From Neovahlkampfia damariscottae (Eukaryota), in NCBI GenBank assembly GCA_016618085.1, contig JABLTG010000001.1, positions 62,001-126,000 on the forward strand: a stretch of 64,000 nucleotides of DNA, written 5' to 3'. A model generated the notes under the pieces. It searched no databases, was not told where the DNA came from, and saw only the letters and a list, made by a program, of their open reading frames with translations. Below, piece after piece: positions 58,466-64,000 of the stretch. A program made the position numbers and the translations under genes. The first letter of the stretch is position 1; every line of letters starts with the position of its first letter.

Positions 58466-59398
58466 TTATTCAAATGATTCATAAGACTCTCCTTTAATTT
58501 TTGCTTTAATTTTCAAAACCAACATTTTAATAAATTGGTAAGCATAAATCACACCATCTTTAAATAAGAATGGTAATACTTTCCAGAATGGCCAGTTTGG
58601 AATGATGAATAAACCTTCCATTTTCCATTTAAATTTGTTAACCAAAGCACCAATGATACAATATGCAATAAAACCAACAACAGCAAGAATAAGTCCTAAA
58701 CCACCAAAACCTACAGGCCATAAAGGTGGATAGTAACCACCAAAAGCACCAACATGACCCATTCCAGGACAAGCAGCAGCAGCTTCCATTTGAAATTCAA
58801 AAATAAACATGTCATCTTCATAACGATGTTGAACGTATCTAAATCTTGGAGTAGTTGCAGCTGCGTCACAAATGAAATCAATTTCTGAAATAGAAACAAC
58901 ACCACCATTCATACCTCCTTTATATGTCAATTTAGCTCCTTTTCCTGGATTTGAAGATTCTGTTAAAAAAAAGTAAATGAAATGTTGAAATGTGAACGAA
59001 CCTAATAATTTGACGTCAAAGTTATCAGTTCCTAAATATCCACAAGTACCAAAATAATCATTTGTAACAGGATAATTTCGACCTAAAAAATTGCAAAAAA
59101 AATTTAGAAAATGAAAACAACTGAATTTACCGTCACATGGAGTTTTTGAGTTTCCACAGATATTCACGAAAAACTTTTCGAAACCACTTGATTCTTCATA
59201 TTCACCACTAAAAAATAAATAAAAATTTCAGTAATACCCAGGACGGAAACTGGAAAACCGTTAAATTTTTTTTTTTTTTTTTTCTTACAATCCTTGAAGT
59301 TCAATACGTCCTCCAGTTGTGTCTATTCCACAATTTGCAAACTGACAGAAAATTTGTGCAAAAATTAAGAAAAAGGTCAAAAAGAAAATTTGCTTCAT
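58466..59398 (-). CDS. MRH-domain type I membrane protein (CD-MPR/ATG27-like), paralog B, multi-exon
   Basis: FVNICG, IDFICD, TM, IIPNWPFW, C-terminal YESF. Confidence 0.8.
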
Positions 59399-59479
59399 GT
59401 TTGTGCAGTTGGAAGTAAAAATTCAATCTGATTGGTTGTAATATTTTGGAAGCAGAAATAAAATCCTTCTTCGGAAAAT

Positions 59480-60511
59480 TACCAAAAACCAAAAGGTTCA
59501 TTTGTACAAGTGAACATATCTATATTCTCAAAACTTTTAAAAAAAATTAAAGTTGCTTCATTGGTTGAACAAAAACTACAAATTCTTGTGACCAGCACTG
59601 ATTTGAGTGTTTAAAATATTCAAAATTTTTGAGCTTCAAATTCTTCATTTTTTTGATCAATTTTACATTCACAAATTAATTTACCAAAACCGTCTATCAC
59701 CTTTCCATCTTTTTCTTTACATAGAAATTATTTTTGTATCTTCAGGAAATTCCTTCATCAAATTCGATATGGTCAAATAGAATTGATTTCCTCTTTGCTT
59801 CATCAATGATTTGAATAAATAATGATTATTCGTCCATCCTCCCATGTCAGTTAAAACCTACCTAAAAAATTTACACCTTCCAGAACATAAGGCTTGGCAA
59901 CTATAGTCATTGATTTTTCTGCAGCATTATATAAGAAAATATTCGCGAATGCCAAAGTATTCTTCCGTTTATTGGAAATGAACAAGATAAATTGTAAACA
60001 GTTTGAGTCAACTTCTTTTTCATCAAATCCATGTTTTTTGAATTCTTCTCTCAGTTCGTCTTTGTTGAAAAAATTTAATGTTTTTTTCATGCTGACATTT
60101 GGGTCGGATTTTGTGACCCCAAAATTGCTTGAATAAGAAATAATGAGCTTTTGGAAGTTTACAGCGAGGACACTTTCAAATTTGACAGTTTTGATGTTTT
60201 TTGCAGATTTTACATTTGGTAAGCAATTATATTTTGATAGAAATGTGTTCATTTTACTTTCCTCTGATCTTTCAACTAACTATGAATATGTTAATTTTTT
60301 TTCAAACATCCCAATGAAAAATATCTTTAAACAACATTTCTGCAAATTTAAAATTGGATTGAAATAAATAAGGATGTGTGAAATATTCAGCTTTGTATGA
60401 AAAATTCTCGGTGATTTGTGGAGAACAAACAGAAGAATCATTTTGATATTTAATCATCAATTTCTCACAAGGTTTGGTTCTTAAAAATCTCCGCCATGGG
60501 TCATGATACAT
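59480..60511 (-). CDS. Hypothetical multi-exon protein (boundaries approximate)
   Basis: Successive minus-strand ORFs separated by intron-like gaps; no recognised domain. Confidence 0.4.
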
Positions 60512-60656
60512 CTCTGAAATAACAATGGAGTGATGCTCATGATAAACACATCAAAAAATCAACTAGGTTATTTCAATAAAACAAAATTCACGGAAAAGTA
60601 TGAAAAATAACATGACTTCAAAGAACTCTTTTCGAAAACAAAAAATATATTGAAAA

Positions 60657-62417
60657 TCAAACTACAAAATCATCTAACAAATGTAAAGATTGTTTTTTTA
60701 ATGTCTCATCAATTCTTAAATCTTTGAATTCTTTTGTCAAAGAAAATCTGAAAAATGAATAAAATAGATGTGTTTCTGCTGCTTTTGAAATATTGGCAAA
60801 GGTTTCAAAGGTCAAATTCTCATTTTTTAACAAGACTAAATTAATTTCTTCTCGGTTTGGTTGATTAATATTCACATAAAAAAGTCCATTTTGTTGAAGA
60901 AATGTTTGTTGAATTTCCAAAGCAAGTTTTCTCATTTCTTTTTCAGTTTTTAACTTTTCAAATTCTTTGATGGATTGCCACAAATAAAGGTATTCCAAAT
61001 TCCATTCTGTGAGACAATAATTTTCAAAATGATGTTTAATTCCATCTTTGTTTAAATAAATTGGAAGTTTGTCGATTTTATAATTCTTTTTGTTAAAAAT
61101 GCATGAGAAAATGATCATTTTGATGATTGTGATAATTAAAGGGAATATACATTGCATTGTTAATAAACTGTAATTTGAAATTGAATGAAAGATAATTTGT
61201 AATATTTCATTTGGATAAAAATACAAAATAACTTCTGAAATGAAAAAATAAACAGCAAAAATTGGAAATGGTAATAATTGAATTCTGAAATAAAATGGAT
61301 CATTATCGACATAATATTTATAAGGAAATCTGATAATGTCACAATTTAAAAACAAATCCAAAATTTGAAGTCCAATGATGAAAATGATGATAATTGTTCT
61401 AACTATAAAATGAAGAAATTGATTCATTTGATAATTATATAAAATACAAGTTCCATTGTATTGAAAAGGAAAAGCATAAAAAATTGATATGAACCAAAAA
61501 AATAAAATAAAAATAACTGTTAATAAACCAATGAAATAAGTGGACATCAAAAAATTCAATATTTTGATGAAATCGATGTTCATTTCCTTTCGTTGCTTAA
61601 TTTTACTAAAAATTGAATATTTCTTCTTGTACAAAAAATTCTTCAAAATGAAATTCAAATATTGTAAAAGTATCAAAAATAAACAAGTAGTCTTAAAAGT
61701 CAAATCAAAAAATGGAAAAATATAGCAATAATATTTCTCCCTCCATTCAACAGTAGTTGTATAAAAAAACACCTGACTGATAATCATTCCATAAATTAAT
61801 AACAAAAAAGTCATTGGTGTGAATGATCTTGAGTTAATTGGTTCTTTGTTTTGAAACCATAAAGAGACACCAAAAAGAGATAAACAAAACAATAAACTGG
61901 GTAAGGTAATAAATACATGTAATCCTTCTAAGTAATTTGGTGTTAAAATTTGACAAGTTTTTGAGTTTTCTTCTTTTGGTATTGACAACAAATCAGACGT
62001 AATTGAATCTGTTTGATTTTTTTGGAGAGATGAAAAGTGACCAATGTGGAAGTTTTCTATAGTTGATATATCATTAATTTCAAACGATATAGTTGATAAA
62101 TATAATGTCAAATAATTTGATGGTGACAGTTTGATGCTGTCAAATTTTTCACGATTTGAAAACTGAAAGGATTTCGAATATTTTTCAAATATCATTGAAT
62201 AAATGGAGGTTTCATTAATATTGTTATACCCAAAAAACAAAAAAGTGTCTATTTTTTATTTTATTTTTTTTTTTTTGTTTTTACCCATTCCAGTCAGTGT
62301 GAACTGGTATTTTGAATTTGAAATTTTCCATGAGAGTATCATGTTTTCATGTGTTATACAAGAGGATTGAACATGGATAAAAAACAAAAATAGCCACACA
62401 AACAACTCTTTCTTCAT
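60657..62417 (-). CDS. Multi-TM RGS protein with N-terminal extracellular domain
   Basis: Signal peptide, about seven hydrophobic segments, RGS motif FENYCLTEWNLEYLYLW..I..F...VNI...SFFRF. Confidence 0.85.
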
Positions 62418-62519
62418 CCAAAAAAATTTAGTTTTCTGATTGGTCAACAAAAGTTTGTTAAAATGCAGAATTCTTCATCAAATTAATTACTGTCAGAAAG
62501 AATTAACAATTTATTGATT

Positions 62520-64000
62520 TTATTGGCCAATCTTGATGTCTTGAATTTTCTTTGAAATTAAATCAAATATTGAATAATCAAAACCATAACGATAATTCTT
62601 CAACATGATCCTAATTTCTAATTTCATTACTTTTTTATCAATACAGTTATAGGCATCAACATATTTGAATTGCTCTTCAAGATCAAATTCTTTCTCTTTG
62701 AATTGGTCTTTCAATTCTTTCAAGTGAATATTATCATTAAAAATGAGATACCAAAATAATCCATTCTTTCCTTCTTCATCTTTGTTAGAAATTTCATCAT
62801 TTGTGATTCCAAATTTTGAAATGATTTTTTGCATTGGAATACCGACAAAACAAGAATAGAGATAAATGATAAAATTGAGTGAACAATTAGATAATTTCTT
62901 TTTAAGAGATCCAATGATTCCTTGATCTTTGATTTGAGGTGTAGCTGATTTTGATGTAGAAAATGAAACGTTGCTTAAATCAAATGATTTCTCACGAAAA
63001 AGAACTACAATACCATTATCATATTGACAATAAAGTTGAAGTTTTTGATCTTTTTTTGGTTGGAATTCATTAATATCAATTTCCAATACATAATAATCAC
63101 TTGTGCATTCTTCATGAAGTTTGATTTTTTTGTTCTCAAAAACCACATTTTCCTTAAGTGGTCTACCATTGACAGAGTAATGAAATTTGAATAATTTTGA
63201 TGGTGGTGGTTTACTTGTTGTGATCCTGTATTCAACGGAAATTTTGGATCCTATGATTTTGAAAACAATTGGGAGACCAAATGCACAATTATGTTTTTTT
63301 TCATATTTGTTATTTTGCATCGTCTTCCAAAAACCACACTGACAAAAAAACAATAAATAAGCTCCACATACTGTGCACTTTTCTTTTTTCCCAATTAAAC
63401 TATGTGTTTCAATTGTTTTCACTGCATCTTTAATATCATTTGGGTGTTTGGAAATACAAACGGATAAAGAAGGAGAAGGACGATCTTGTGTTGCTTTCAT
63501 ATGAACATGACAACCAGGAGGGACAAAAAATTGATTGGATTTTTTCCAATTTGTGAAAAGATTGTTTATCCATTTTATGTTTGATTCAGTGAAAAAGCTT
63601 CCAAGAAAATCTTTTTTTTTTTTTTTTTGAACCGTAGAATCATCATTATTGTCGTCCTGGATTTCAGGTACATATTCTCTTATTTTTGATGTTCCTCTGT
63701 CTTCCACTAACTCTTCTTCAATTTCTTGACTTGTTGGAACCTCTTCATCGTATATAGAAGACATTACCTTTGAAATCAACACTAATTTTTGAAGTAAATT
63801 TTCTCCCAATTGTTTAAATTGATCATCATTAAATTCTAAAAAAACAAGTTGTGCATATGGGCAGAAATAAATTGCTTTTTGAATTTTTTTGCACTCTTCC
63901 ATATCAAAAAAATAATAATAAGCTTCAAAATCCGTAAAGAATTCATTAAAGTGAGCTTTAATAAAATCCTTTAATTGAAGTCTATGATTGTTGTCATCTG
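62520..64000 (-). CDS. Hypothetical protein with Cys/His cluster; 5' end probably beyond window
   Basis: 460-aa ORF containing CTVCG..CQCG..HNC; frame appears to continue toward the window end. Confidence 0.6.
   Translation of the reverse strand, partial: DDNNHRLQLKDFIKAHFNEFFTDFEAYYYFFDMEECKKIQKAIYFCPYAQLVFLEFNDDQFKQLGENLLQKLVLISKVMSSIYDEEVPTSQEIEEELVEDRGTSKIREYVPEIQDDNNDDSTVQKKKKKDFLGSFFTESNIKWINNLFTNWKKSNQFFVPPGCHVHMKATQDRPSPSLSVCISKHPNDIKDAVKTIETHSLIGKKEKCTVCGAYLLFFCQCGFWKTMQNNKYEKKHNCAFGLPIVFKIIGSKISVEYRITTSKPPPSKLFKFHYSVNGRPLKENVVFENKKIKLHEECTSDYYVLEIDINEFQPKKDQKLQLYCQYDNGIVVLFREKSFDLSNVSFSTSKSATPQIKDQGIIGSLKKKLSNCSLNFIIYLYSCFVGIPMQKIISKFGITNDEISNKDEEGKNGLFWYLIFNDNIHLKELKDQFKEKEFDLEEQFKYVDAYNCIDKKVMKLEIRIMLKNYRYGFDYSIFDLISKKIQDIKIGQ

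Noticed and set aside
1..64000. Prokaryotic origin or alternative genetic code
   Set aside because: Spliceosomal introns, eukaryotic 5S and eukaryote-specific genes are present; most ORF breaks are explained by introns, and TAA, TAG and TGA all serve as stops.

Overview
Very AT-rich, gene-dense eukaryotic nuclear DNA. It has tiny (~25-45 nt) GT-AG introns, very short intergenic gaps and CCAAT boxes just upstream of many ATGs. The gene mix (RWP-RK factors, multi-TM RGS, hybrid histidine kinases) suggests a free-living protist, plausibly a heterolobosean (inference). About 30 protein genes or pseudogenes are supportable, plus two identical dispersed 5S rRNA genes and at least one box C/D guide RNA. 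The standout is a ~3.0 kb element (12740-15767) bounded by ~137-bp imperfect terminal inverted repeats and sitting inside a host gene. It carries the C-terminal half of an A32-type viral packaging ATPase, a cassette of small intronless ORFs with their own upstream motif, and what looks like a captured host exon. It has no integrase, polymerase or capsid, and no frame-consistent target-site duplication, so it reads as a non-autonomous derivative of a Polinton-like virus or virophage-type element. Other highlights: a double-guide C/D RNA complementary to U2 snRNA; a predicted PTPLA/HACD-like membrane domain fused to a PIP5K; a divergent truncated uS12/RPS23 paralog; a 3177-aa secreted Cys/Lys-rich repeat protein; a shared C-terminal D-h-x-F-x-F-[KR] motif on three unrelated proteins; and four tandem histidine kinases with locally homogenised kinase cores. 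All family calls come from motif recognition by eye, with no database searches.
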